A DNA stretch of 64,000 nucleotides from Podarcis muralis (Eukaryota): positions 50,406,001-50,470,000 of the forward strand of contig NC_135673.1 of the NCBI RefSeq assembly GCF_964188315.1. Direction: 5' to 3'. The stretch's first letter is position 1. Each line of letters starts with the position of its first letter. The notes beneath the pieces were generated by a model, which saw only the letters and a list, made by a program, of their open reading frames with translations, had not been told where the DNA came from and made no database searches. Made by a program: the position numbers and the translations under genes. This document shows positions 1-20,600 of the stretch, piece after piece.

Positions 1-66
1 CGGAAAAGCAGATTCCCGACTTGCCAGGGGGTGGGGGTTGAGATGGATGACCCCCGGGGATCTCAC

Positions 67-2397
<2,331 letters not shown>

Positions 2398-2699
2398 TCG
2401 CGGCGGCAGGGATCTCAAGAGAGAAGCCTGGAATCCAGTGAGGTGACATTCGTGGTTCCCCCAAACCTTTTCACACGTGCTACGAGCAGCGGGTCAGACT
2501 GGATGACCCTCAGGTACCTTCCCATCCGAACCTTCCATTCGCCAGGCAATCACTGGTGCCGGGGAAAGGATCGAAATGGACTTACCCGCTTGGTGTGTGT
2601 GTAAAGAGGACTTTGGGGGGGAATCCTGTCCCCCATCTGTCCCAATGGGGGTCCCCCACGCCCCACATTCGCCCCACAACCGTCGCCATCCGTAGCCTC

Positions 2700-3250
2700 C
2701 CAAAAGCACGAGGCGAGATGGGGCGCCGGGGCCGTTGCATCCCCCTTTGTGAAAGCGGGGTGGGGAACCAAAGGGATTTGCCCGCCGGGGGGGGGGCACA
2801 TACCCTCCAAACTGCCCCCTTCGTAGCCTCCCAAGTGTATGCTTTGGGCTACGGGGCCGCCCATCTTTCGAGAAAAGAGGGGCAGGAAGAGGGAGGGAGC
2901 CGTTTTGGGGGGGCATTAGGAGAACTTGGGGGCCCCTCCACCTGATCCGTCGGGAACCCCAAAACCAGAAGGGGAGGGCGCATACCTCGGGCGCAAGCAG
3001 ACCCCCTCCCTAGTTGTGGTTTTTTTATGGGGGTCGCGGGCCTTACCGGGACTCCCTGCGGCCCCCCGAAATCGGGCCGGGAAGACGGCGGGGGGGGGGG
3101 CAGCTCCGGCCGCGCCTGCGCACTCGCAGCGCTCGTCGTCACTGCAGTACACGGGAAGGGAGGGGGGAAGCGAAGAGGGGAGGGGCGCCCCAAAAGTCAT
3201 CCAGACTGACCCCCCCGCGAGGCGGGAAACGGAGCGCAGGATCCTAGAAT
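2700..3250 (-). promoter_or_regulatory. CpG island / probable FRMPD3 promoter and non-coding first exon
   Basis: CpG-dense segment with a strong - strand donor CCG|gtaagg at 3047/3046, upstream of the FRMPD3 coding exons. Confidence 0.5.
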
Positions 3251-3917
3251 GGGGGAGCTAGAAGAGAGCCCTAAAAGTAATCCAGTCTGACCCCCCTACA
3301 ATGCAGGGATCTAGAATGGGGGACCCAGAAGGGAGCCTCAAAAGTCATCCAGTCTGACCCCCCCGGTTGTATATAGATTCTAATAATAATACTGTAATAA
3401 GATTATGATGAGATTCCTGCCTTGCTTGGGGGGGGGGGTCAAACTAGATGAAACCGGATCTAGTCCGGCTGTCAGATTTTCCCCCTATACATCTTTTGGG
3501 GAGGCGGCGGCGGGTGGAAATGGGAGGTTTCGGGCCTCGCCAGAATGGAGCAAAGCATTGTGGGAGAATCCCTGGAATGCGGGGTTGCTTAGCAACTGAC
3601 CACCGAGGCAGCAGAGGATGCTCTTTTTTCCCCGTCTGGAGGAACATACTGTAGGGGAATTGGAGAAGCGAAGAGAAAATCCTAGAAGGGCCAGGCTGGA
3701 AGGGGATCCCAGGGGTCATCCAGTCGGACCCCGAGCAAGGCATGAACCTCATGAGAGATTAATAATAATAATAATAATATACCACCCCATACCCGGGAAA
3801 TAACCCTAGAATGACGGAGGCGGAAGCGGGTCAGACTAGATGACCCCATCGACCCTTTTCTCCTCTCTCTGTACTCTCTCTCTCTTCCCCACTCTTTCTC
3901 TCGTCTCCACTCATCTG

Positions 3918-4097
3918 NNNNNNNNNNNNNNNNNNNNNNNNNNNNNNNNNNNNNNNNNNNNNNNNNNNNNNNNNNNNNNNNNNNNNNNNNNNNNNNNNNN
4001 NNNNNNNNNNNNNNNNNNNNNNNNNNNNNNNNNNNNNNNNNNNNNNNNNNNNNNNNNNNNNNNNNNNNNNNNNNNNNNNNNNNNNNNNNNNNNNNNN
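3918..4097. other. Assembly gap (180 N) inside a CT-rich tract
   Basis: Run of N seen directly. Confidence 1.
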
Positions 4098-6160
4098 TTC
4101 CCCTCCTCTCTTTTTCTCCTCTCTTTCTTTCTCCTTCCCTCTTTCCTCCATCCCTCTCTTCTCTCTCTTCCCTTCCTTCCTTTCTCTTCTCTTCCTTTCT
4201 CCTCCTCTCTCTTTCCCCATCCCTCTCTTCTCCCTCATCTCTCACTCTCATTCTCCTCTTTTTTTCTCGTCTCCCTCCCTCTCTTCCCCCCTTCTCTTTC
4301 TGTCTCCCCGCCCCCGCTTTCTGCGCTTTGAGGGCGATTTCCCTTTATTTTGTATAAAAAATTGCTTTTTTCTTCCGGATTCTCATTTCCTTTATTTTTG
4401 GGGTTCTCCCCCCCCCAAAACTGCTCTTCCTATCACGTGATTCCTTCTCCCTCCCTCCCTCCCTCCCTCCTCCTCTCGGAAAGGCGGAGCGCGGAGCATC
4501 CTCTGCAGCGGCCGCCGGGCCAAACAGAGGCGAGGGCCTCCCTGCGCCCCCCCCCCGGAGCGGATCCCACCCCCTCCCCGGCGCCCCCCGAGCGCGGATT
4601 TCGAGGCCTGCGCGCCCTTCCCCCCGAAAACGCGCATTTTTACGCATCCAGACAGATCCGGCGGCGACCCCCGCCCTACGCCACCCTCCAGGAGCGCATC
4701 GTCCACCGGCGCCCCCCTAGTGCGGGTATTTGTGCCCCCTCCCAAAAGGCATCGGGACCCCCCTGCGGATTGGGCCCGAGTGAGGATTTCGCGGCCTGGC
4801 TGCGCCCGGCGAGAGCGCATTTCGCCGCCGGAGGGATCCAAGGATCCGGCCTCGTCCTGCTCCACTCCTCCCCCCGAGACCGGATTCCACCTTTTCCCGG
4901 AGGTCGGCGCATTTCCCGCTCTACAGCCTTCGGGAGCGCAACTTCCACTTTGTCGGATCCGTCCGTGGTCCCGTCAATCTCGCCTGCACCGCCCCCCCAC
5001 CCTGAAAGCGCATTTTCCCACGCTACGCGCAGACTCTCCTCCTGCAAAGGCGCATCTCCTCTCCAAAGGCGGGATCCTCTTCTTGGCGCATTTCCACGTC
5101 GGCGCGCAGCTTCTCCTCCTCGGATCCGGCCCCGGTCCCGCCATCCTCGCCTGCACCCCCCGAAGGCGCATTTCCCACGTTGCGCACAGATTCCATTGAG
5201 GGTCTGTCCTCCTCCAAAAGCAGGACCCTCGGGCGGCTTCTCCTGGGCGCATTTCCACGTTGGCGCGCAGCTTCTCCCCCTCGGATCCGTCCCTGGTCCC
5301 ATCGTCCTCGCCTGCGCATTTCCCACCTTTGGGCGCCTTTCCCCCCAGCGCATCCTTCCCGTGGGCCGGAGCGTCTCCATTCGCGGCCTGCGGCCCCGAC
5401 AGCGCATTTCCCGCCTTTGGGCGCGCAGCCTTTCCTCGCATCAGTCCTTCCCGTTGGTCTGCGCGCCCGCCCATCCTCGCCTGCGCGCCCGACGGCGCAT
5501 TTTCCTTCTGACCGTCTCCAAAAAGCGCATTTTCTGCATTTGGGCTTAGCCTTTCTTCGTCTGTTCAGACAGTCTCCGCCGGCGGCCGATCCTCGCCTGC
5601 GACCCCCAAAGCGCATCTCCCTCCGTTGGCGCGCAGCCTTTCCTCGTCTCCACGCTCAAGAGCGCATCACTCCTCTTGGCCAGAGACTCTCTGCCGGCGG
5701 CCCATCCTCGCCTGCGCCCTCCAAAGCGCATCTCCCTCGTTGGCGCGCAGACTTTCCCTGTCTTCGCGCTCAAGAGCGCATCAATCCTGTTGGCCGATTC
5801 TCGCCTGCGCCCCCCAAAGCGCATTCCCCATATTGAGCGCAGCGTCCCCGATTGCGGCCTCTGGAGCGCAACTTCCGCGTCCCGCCGCCGTCTCCCAAAG
5901 CGCCTTTTCCACGTGCGCCCGCTCGCCGGAGACTCCGTTGGCTCTTCTCCGCCGCCACCCTGCGCGCAACTGGAGCGCATTTCTTCTCCCGTACGTTTTG
6001 CGCCATGGCGAGGCTGCCGGGAGGAGCCTTTTCCAGCGCCTGCTGAGCGCCACTCTTCGATTCGGATTTCCATTCCCTTCAGGTGAACCGGCCGGCCCCA
6101 CCGCTGCCCCCATTTGGGGGTGCTGCCCCCCACTCCACCCCGACCTCCCACCCCTCGGAA

Positions 6161-11473
<5,313 letters not shown>

Positions 11474-11594
11474 CGTCCAACAGGGAGAGCTCCAGGCGCC
11501 GGGTTCAGGTTCTGCCCCCACTCCTACCCCAGCCTTGCCTCCTCTCCGCTTCCCATTTGTTCTGTCCCCTCACTGTCCCTTCCTCTTCCCTTAA

Positions 11595-12150
11595 GAGTCA
11601 CTTCCTGTACACTCTCAGGCACTTCCTGTTCCCTTACAGGCCCCTCCTGTTCTCTCACCGCCCCTTCCTATTTTCGAACAGCCCCTTCCGGTTTTACCCC
11701 TGTCCCTTCCTGTTCCCTCCAATTCACTTCCTCTTTGCTCTCAGGCACTTCCAGTTCCCCCACAGTCCCCTTTACTCTCCCTCAGAGTACCTTCCTGTTC
11801 TCTCACAGCTACTTCTGTTCCCTCTCAGGGACTTCCTGTTTCCTCATAGTCCCTTTCATCTCCTTCACAGTCCCTTCCTGTTCTCTCCCAGTCCCTTCTT
11901 ATTCTCTCTGAGTCCCTTCCTGTTCCCTTAAAGTCCCTTTCATTTCTCCCTCACAGCCACTTCCTGTTCCCTCTCAGGGACTTCCTGTTCTCTCACAGTC
12001 CCTGCTTATTCTCTCTCAGTCCCTTCCTGTTCTCTTAAAAGCTCCTTCCTGTTCCCTTAAAAGTTCCTTCCTGTTCCCTCACAGCACCTTTCTGTCCCTT
12101 TCCCTCTCCTTTCCTCCCCACTTCCTGTCCCTTTGCAGCCACTTCCTGTC
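11595..12150 (+). repeat. Degenerate pyrimidine-rich tandem repeat built on (CA)CTTCCTGTTC, in the GABRB4 3' region
   Basis: CTTCCTGTTC/CACTTCCTGT recurs well over a dozen times at roughly 25-30 bp spacing immediately after the stop codon. Confidence 0.8.
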
Positions 12151-12742
12151 CCCAAACAGCCATGGAGAACCCACCGTTTCGAGTAACGGGAAACGAGGAA
12201 CAAGCCACGCCTCCCAACTTCCAGTACTTTCTCTTCCTCCTCCTCCTCGGACCGGCTGGGCTTCCTTCCCACCGGCCACTTCCCTTCCGTTGCTTCTGCC
12301 ATTACAGGTTCCGGTGGACGGACTTTTCCGGAACCGACTTGAACCGAGTTTACAGTTTTCTACCTAGCGACCGACCGACCAATGGGATCTCTCCGTTCTC
12401 ACATTTTGGGTTTTTCCCCCCTTGTTGTTCTGGGAGGGATTTTGGGAAAGTGCTCCTGAGCGTGTGCAGAGTTCCTTTCCCCCCCCTAAGCAATGTACAT
12501 GAACCTTAAAAAAACACATTTTGGAAACTGTTCGATATCCGTCGGTTGGGAATCTTTCTCGTCTTTTTTTTCCCCTTATAAAATCGGGAGAATTTCACTT
12601 TAAATATACGGCCTTGGAAGAAAAACAACAACCGGTGTCCGTTTCTTTCCTTTCAAAAACAGGGCTGCGGGGCTATGTTTTATTATAAAACATCATCTAT
12701 AATATATAGATATTAATTAGATCTCATTTATATTTATATGAT

Positions 12743-13098
12743 GGGACGCGGGTGGCGCTGTGGGTTAAAGCCTCAGCGCCTAGGACTTGCCGATCGAAAG
12801 GTCGGCGGTTCGAATCCCCGCGGCGGGGTGCGCTCCTGTCGCTCGGCCCCAGCGCCTGCCAACCTAGCAGTTCGAAAGCACCCCCGGGTACAAGTAGATA
12901 AATAGGGACCGCTTACTAGTGGGAAGGTAAACGGCGTTCCGTGTGCTGCGCTGGCTCGCCAGATGCAGCTTGTCACGCTGGCCATGTGACCCGGAAGTGT
13001 CTGCGGACAGCGCTGGCCCCCGGCCTATAGAGATGGGCGCACAACCCTAGAGTCTGTCAAGACTGGCCCGTATGGGCAGGGGTACCTTTACCTTTACC
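12743..13098 (+). mobile_element. Sauria SINE, full length, 15-bp TSD
   Basis: tRNA-like head GGGACGCGGGTGGCGCTGTGGGTTAA...GGTTCGAATCCC and (ACCTTT)n tail. TSD TTATATTTATATGAT at 12728-12742 and 13099-13113. Confidence 0.92.
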
Positions 13099-14620
13099 TT
13101 ATATTTATATGATATACACACATGCTTAGACATATTATTGATATATCCTTATATTATTGATATATATTTATATTCAATATATTATTAGATATATATAAAT
13201 AATATAATGATGTGTTGCATAATATATCATATATTTATCTTGTTTATGGTTATATATATAAATATTGGCAGAAGAAATGCAACCACTATGCAGTGAAATA
13301 TAGATGTATATATCATTTAATATTTCTATATATATTATTTTTACTTACCATTTATATTTATAATTATTTATAATTATTTTCCATGAACCGCCCTGAGACC
13401 ACCAAGTATATATGTGTGTGTGTATACTTTTATATCATATGTATAATATATCATAATGTATCTCTAAATTAGCTATATAATTTATATTGATTTGCATCTT
13501 TCTATCTACCCATATTTACAATCAGCTCCAAGCAACAAACTTTTTCACTTCTAAAATGAAAACAGGAGGGGAAGTGTGTGGGTTTTTTTGGGTGGCGGGG
13601 AGAAAATTGTGATTTGTATGAGAATTTTTGGGCAATATCATTAAAATTACGAATAAGTGAATAAACTTTCCATTGAAGAGTAGAGAAACGAAGAGGCTGT
13701 GGAGAGGATTCGAACTCGGAGATGTGGACAGGAAATGGCTACAAGATATCTAAATATGCAACACATTTAGTAGCATTTCATAGTAGGATTTCATTCTCCC
13801 AAATCGTTTTGAAAGCAAAATCATTTCAAATCGAAAAACGAAATTAAGGCATTTTATTGGAGACTTTTGATCGCCAAAATCATTTCAAAACCAAAATCAT
13901 TTCAAATCAGAAAATAAAATTAAGGCATTTATTGGGAAACTTTTGATCGCCAAAATTGTTTCAAAACCAAAATAATTTCGGAAAACGGATTAAGGCATTT
14001 AATTGGAGACTTTCAATCTACAAAATCATCATTTCCAACATAAAAAGGACATTTTATAGAAGTTATCAAAATCATTTCAAAACCAAAAGGAAAGGAATAC
14101 ATTTTATTTGGGGCTTTCCATCACCTTCCTTGGCGCATGGTATTTTTAATTTTTAATAATCATTTAAATTATTATCTTTAAGAATTATTAAAATGATTAA
14201 ATACTTTGAATAATTAAAGGATTGATGTAATTAAAAAAAATTATAAACCCATGCATTTATTTAAATCATTTAAATTATTAAATAATCTTTAAATTTTAAA
14301 ATTATAGAAATGATTACATAATTTTTAAATTTAACAAACATTGAAATGATTAAATCATTTTTAAATTGATAATTGAAATGATTAAATGATTGTTAAATTT
14401 AAAAATCATTGAAATGATTACCGGGTAAATGATTTTTAAAATTCAACAATTAAAACCATACTTTTCATAATTTCAAGCCTTCCAATGCCACACAGCCTTG
14501 AAAAATCTTCCCTCCCTGAATAAAAAACTCCCTTTAATTGTGTTGGGAAACCTAATTTGCATATAATTTGCAAGGCAAAGGCAATATAGAAAGACTATTG
14601 AGAGATTTGTTCATTCTCGG

Positions 14621-17600
14621 CTACTGCATGCTGCAGCTGGCTTCGGGGAGGAACTCCTGCAGGTAGGTGATGGCCACTTTGGACAGGTAAGTCATGGTGC
14701 CAAAGCGCCCGCTGGGGGCGCTGTCATAGAGCAAGGTGCAGATGCCTGTGGCGGGGTCCCTCTCCAGCATGGCGTCATCCGCACCCAGGACTTTCTGCAT
14801 TTGGTGCAAAAAAGGAAAGAGGAGACAAGAGTCAAGGCCAGAGAGCAGAAATCTGTGCCATTATTTCATTTTTGACACCAATGTCACCAGCTTAGCTGCT
14901 CCGTTTCCCCAGGAACTATGCTGTGGGGCCGGGTGATCGATCAATAAATCATCCCAAACAGGTGCAGAAAATCAATAAAGACAATCGGCCAAAAATACGG
15001 GTGAGATGTCGCCGTTTGGCGCCACGATCCCACTTCTAACACCAATTTTGCAAGCAACGCTGCTCTGTTTCCCTGGGAATGGTGCTGTGGGGCTTGGGTG
15101 ATCAATCAACTGCCCTGCCCAAGGGTGCCCGCCCTCACCTGCTCCTGGCGGAACGCTTCATCCGCCATCTTGATGATGTCATCGATGCTGACAAGCCTCC
15201 CGGCTCCATCAAAGTCGACCTCAGCCAACAGGGTCAACACCCAGATGGTTTCCACGCAGAGCTGTCGGTATTCTGGCTGCGGGATCTTGTTCAGCGCCGA
15301 CTCGACGCCAACGGCAAACTTGATCTCACCCGGTGTCATCTGTCAAAAATAGAAAATGGGCGTCAGGATTTGAACCCGTGTCCAGCGGGAAATGGTAAAG
15401 AAACCAGGGGAGACTCTCCTCTCTCTCGTTCTTGCTCTTTTCATCTCTGTTTTGATCCCTCTTTTTTTAACTCTGTTTCAATCTCTCTCTCCATCTCTCT
15501 CTTGATGTCTCTCTCTCTCTACATCACCATCTGTCTCCCTCTTTCTCTCCCTCTTATCTCTTTCCTTCTTTCTCACTCTTTCAACCTCTCTCAATCTTTC
15601 CATCTTTCTCTCTCTTTCAATCTCTCCATCTCTCTGTGTCTCCATCTTTCCCTCATTCTCTCCCTCTCTCTCTTTATCTGTCTTTCAATTTCTCTGCCTC
15701 TCCCTGTTTCCATCTTTATCATCATCATCATCATCATTAGTATTATTATTATGTGCCAGTAGGGAAACCGAGTTGTCATTACCTCTTGGGTGGCGGAAGA
15801 CGGGAGGACAAAGCCACCGATGGATAGACCGTGGCACTAGGAAGAAAAGAGTGGAAATGGAGTCACCCTCTTGACAAATTTGCACCCAGGACCTGCTCCA
15901 GAGTCACACTCAGATTTGTGCTCGCTCTAGATTCAGACTCAAAGAGACTAGCGCATGCACCAGATTCAGCCTCATGCACTTAGGATCCGAATTCAGGAGA
16001 TCCGCATTCACTCCAGATTCAGCCTGGCACACTTTGGATTCATACTCAGATGTGTGCGTGCTCAGATTTGCGCACACACCAGATTCAACCTTGCACACTT
16101 CAGATCCAAACCCAGGAGATTCGCATTCACTCCATATTTGGCCTCATAAAACTCAAATCTGGGAGATTCGATCCTGTTCTGGAGTCACACCAGATTTGGC
16201 ACTCACCTTCTGCAGGACCTTCCACACCTTCGGATAGAAGCCCACTGGCACCCGGTTGAGGGCGCCATCGAGACGCCGTCGCCGTCGCCACCCGCCTTGA
16301 CGCGTCTCCTTGGTGGGGCGCCAATCACCCCCCTGCTGGATTTCGCTCCGGAGCTGGGCGATTCCGGCACGCTCTGTTTTGGTGGCGCCAGCCATTTCGT
16401 GGATGGAGACACCTGGTGCTGAGTCAGCGGTCCGCACTGCAGGGAGACAGCGGGGTTCTCAGTGCTGGATCAGGGTGGAAGGGAGCCCCCAGAGGAATCT
16501 AGTCTGACCCTGCAAGGACTGACCGCTGCGCTCGACGCCGAATTCCTTTCCGCTCAGAATGTGGTGCAGGAGGCTTTTGACGTCTGATGGGCTGAGGTTC
16601 AACAAGGTCTGCGTGGCTTCGTCGGCTGGGAGATAGGGAGGGAGAGGGGAAAGGAAGAAAGAAGGGAAGAGGGAAAGGAAGGCAGAAGAAGCAGAGAATG
16701 AAAGAAAATAAAGAAGAGCAAGCAAAGAAAGCAGAGAAAGGAAGAAGAGAAAGAAAGAAGAGAAAGCAACAAGAAAATGCAGAGAAAGGTAGGAAGAAGA
16801 AAGAACAAAGAATGAAGAGAAAGGAAGAAGGAAGAGAAAGAAGAATGAAAGAAGAGAGAAATAAATAAAAAGCAGAGAAAGGAAGAATGAGAAAGGAAGA
16901 AAGGAGAATGCAGAGAAAGAAAAAACATAAAAAGAGAAAGAAGAGAAAGAAAGAGATAAAGAAGAGAAGGAAGAAGACAAAGCAGAGGAAGAAGGAAAAT
17001 GGAAAGGCAGAAAGAGCAGAAATAGAAAGGAAGAAGAGAAAGCAGAAAGAAGGAATGAATATAAAGAAAAAAGAGAAAGAAAGAAAAAGAAGCAGAGGGA
17101 GAAAGAAGAGAAAGAAGCAGAGAAAGAAAGAGAAAGACAATGCCATATATCTGCTATTATATGGGGAAAATACAGTATTTCTCCTATTATACGGAGCAAT
17201 CCCCTACATCTGCTATTATGCGAGGGAGGGGGTATACTGTATTTCTCCTATTATATGGCACAATGCCGTATATCCATTATATGAGAAAAATACCGTATTT
17301 CTCCTATTATATGGGACAATTTCGCCTATTTTATGGAATTGGTGGCCTTGTGACTAGGCTCCTGCCTACCTGAGCACGACAGCGACTGCGCCAGCTCGGT
17401 CGCCATCACCTGGATGATGAGCCCAATGCGGAGGCGGAACATTTCGGCAAAGAGGGCCGGCTGCGTCCGGATGTACATGGCCAGGTAAACCATAATTTCC
17501 TGGAACCAGAAGAGAGGGAGAAACTACGAAGCCCAGAGGATTACGGTTCCTGGAGAGTAAATCTCCAGGGAATGAACTACGACTCCTGGAGGACTATAGT

Positions 17601-20600
17601 TCCCAGGGAGCAAATTTCCGGGGAACAAACCACTGTTCCCGGGAAAGCCGGGTGCCCAGAGTTCCTGGAAAATGGGGTCCCCGCCACTGTTCTCCCCAGC
17701 ACCCAGCACTCACCTGGGTCAAGATGCAGACGCTAAGGTTCCCCTCACTGGCATCCTCGATCAGGCGCGTGAGCTCCTCATACGGAAGGGGGCTGGCAGG
17801 GAAAAACAGCAGAGTTGGGAAGCCGAGAGTCATCTAGTCTGACCCCGATGAAGGGAATAATGTCTCACCCAACATGAACATTGAATCCAGGACACTGGGA
17901 TCGAGAGTCGCCAGCTCTACCAACTGTTTTGTATTTTTACGCAACATTTCAATGACAAATTTAATAAGGATCATAATTTAAATTTAAATAATTTAGATTT
18001 ACAGAAATTAAGAATAATTTAAAAAAGTGATAATACTAAGTTAAAAATTTTAAGCTTACATTTAATTTAAATCTGAACTTAAATTGGCAAATCTAAAAAA
18101 ATTAATTTAATTTAAATGATTTAAATTTATGGAAAGTAAATATTTAAATTTTAAAAATAAGGCATTATGGTAAGTCAAAAAATTTAAGCTTACATTTAAT
18201 TTAAATCTGAAATTGAATTTAAATATTTAATACCTAACCACTTTAATTTGAAAATTTAAATGTAGAATTTAAATTCAAGTTAAATGTAAATGTAAACATT
18301 CAATAATAATCATTTTGTTTTTAAGTTGTAATCATTCAACTTGATTTATTATTGCTTGTAAGCCGCTCTGAGCCTGGCCTTGGCTGGGAAGGGCGGGGTA
18401 TAAATAAAATTATTATTATTATTATTATTAAAATTTCAAAATTTTAAGCAAATTGAATTTGGATTGTACTTAAATTTAGAAATTTTATTAGTAATTTAAG
18501 TCTAAAAATAATTTTAAATTTTAAAACAAAATTAGCATTAAATTTAAATCAATTAAAATGAAAAAAATGACAATAATTTATAATTTAAAATTAATATTAA
18601 ATTTAAAAATTCAATCAGTAATAACAATAAATTCATACCTTTAGTATTCTACCTGTCATGGCCCATTTTCAGTTGGCCTGTACCAGCAAATTAAAAAGCT
18701 TTAAGTTAAGTTAAATTAAATTAAATTAAGTCTCTGAAAGGAGAGATGACTTTTGCACAAGAATGCAAGAAAATCAAATTAATTAATTGATTGATTGATT
18801 AACCTAGGAAATTAAAACTGAGCCCATTCTCCAGCTCCCAGTAAGGATACTGGGACTAAGGCCAACGTGCCCCTGGTGCAAGAGACATGGGTTTGACCCC
18901 TTCTGGAGGTCCAGATACCCCCCATTTTGCCCCCGATTATCTCCCCAGTTGGGATTGCCCCCCCCCGATTGCCTTCCCTGTTGGGATGGCCCAGTGCCGG
19001 AATCGAGTGGTGACCCCAAAAACTCACGCCGAGATGGTCCGTTCGCGAGGCTCCGGGGGGAGACCCACGGTGAGGTGCTTCTGGTGTGACAGGAGGCTGG
19101 TACAGGCCTGGGGAGAGAGAAGGGTACCTTCTCATCTACATTGACCTCCTTGAACTCTTCCCAAAAGGAGGCTGCCCAGAACCCTATTTTTTCTTCAAAA
19201 TTTTAATATTTTTTCAAAATATCCCAACCTCATCTAAAGCTTCTGCCTTCTTTCTCAGGACACCGGAAATGTAGCGGATCAAGCCCCACTGCCGAGCGGT
19301 GCCAGCTTTCGAATACAGCTCCGTAAGGAGGTCACCCACAGTGGCTCCCGCCTCACCATATAGCTCCGTCTCCCAATCGGGACCCCTAAAAGGAAGTGTC
19401 CAAGTCAGAAGGGGACCCCAGAAGGTCATCCAGTCCAACACCAACTTAAAAGCCAAGAATGGCAGAGAAATAGCATTTGAGTGGGATTATGGGAAAGATT
19501 ATGGGAAACAATAACATAAAATAAGGAAGGAGGGAAGAGAGAAAGGATCCTGTGCAAGTGGTCTTAAATCCCAGAGAAAGGACCCGGGGTCATCCAGTCT
19601 AACTCCCTGCAACGCAGGGCGATATACAGATTTAATCAATTCACCAAGGCCCGAAGTTCTCATGAAGGAAACGCCAATGGAAGAAAACTTTAGTTCCTAC
19701 TTGAGGCTGTACAATATGGATAGGCAGTTGGCTTGATCCTGCAGGGTGGCGCAAGCCCGGAGCTGATCCACCAATGACCGGCAGTCCACGTTCCCGTCGG
19801 CATCTTTTGGGAGGTCCGCCTCGGCAGGGAAAGATGTCTGGGGGCAGTGAGGGAGGCTGGTTGAGTGAGGAGGCACCCCAAATGTCACCCAGCAAAACCC
19901 ACTACGAGGGGTCTCAAAATGGAATGGGAAAACGCCCTCCCTCTTATGTAGCTTTTAAAAAAGGGAAAGAAAGAAACCTTCCCTCTGGCTTGGCTTTGAG
20001 AAATGGGAGTCTGGCATTGCGAGGGAAAAGCCTCACTCCCAATGGGCTTCAAGAAATGGGAGGTTCGGGCAGGAGGGGAAAGCCCTCCCTCTTACGTGGC
20101 TTTAAAGAAAGGGAGGGGAAAAGGGGTTTTTACCTTCTATGGGTTGGCTTTGAGAAAGAGGGTTTTCTGCAGAATTGAAAAGCATGGCTTTTCCCGCCCC
20201 CAAACCCAATCAGAACTGGCTACTCACCTTGCCATCTCGCGGCGACCCCAGAAGGTGGACTGAGTGGCGTGACTCCTGGAAGAGGCTGGAAGGGATGTAC
20301 ATGTCAACGTCTGCAAGGAGAAGGTGGAACGGTTGGGCTGGAACCCAGAGGTCATCCAGTCTGACCCGCTTCTGGGAGGCCATACTTACTCTCCACGTGG
20401 AGCTCCTTCGCCTTTGACCGCAGAGACACCAGGTCCTGGGTGGTGCGCACCGCCGCCCGGAAGCGGTGCAAGCCGGCTTTCTGACCCACGGGCGGGAGGT
20501 GGGCCTTGGGAGCCGCCTGTTGGAGGAGATGGTCCAGGTATTGGGCCACCTCGTCACAGATGTCCGCTGGAAAAGAGAGAGGGATGATGTTTCTCTGTGA

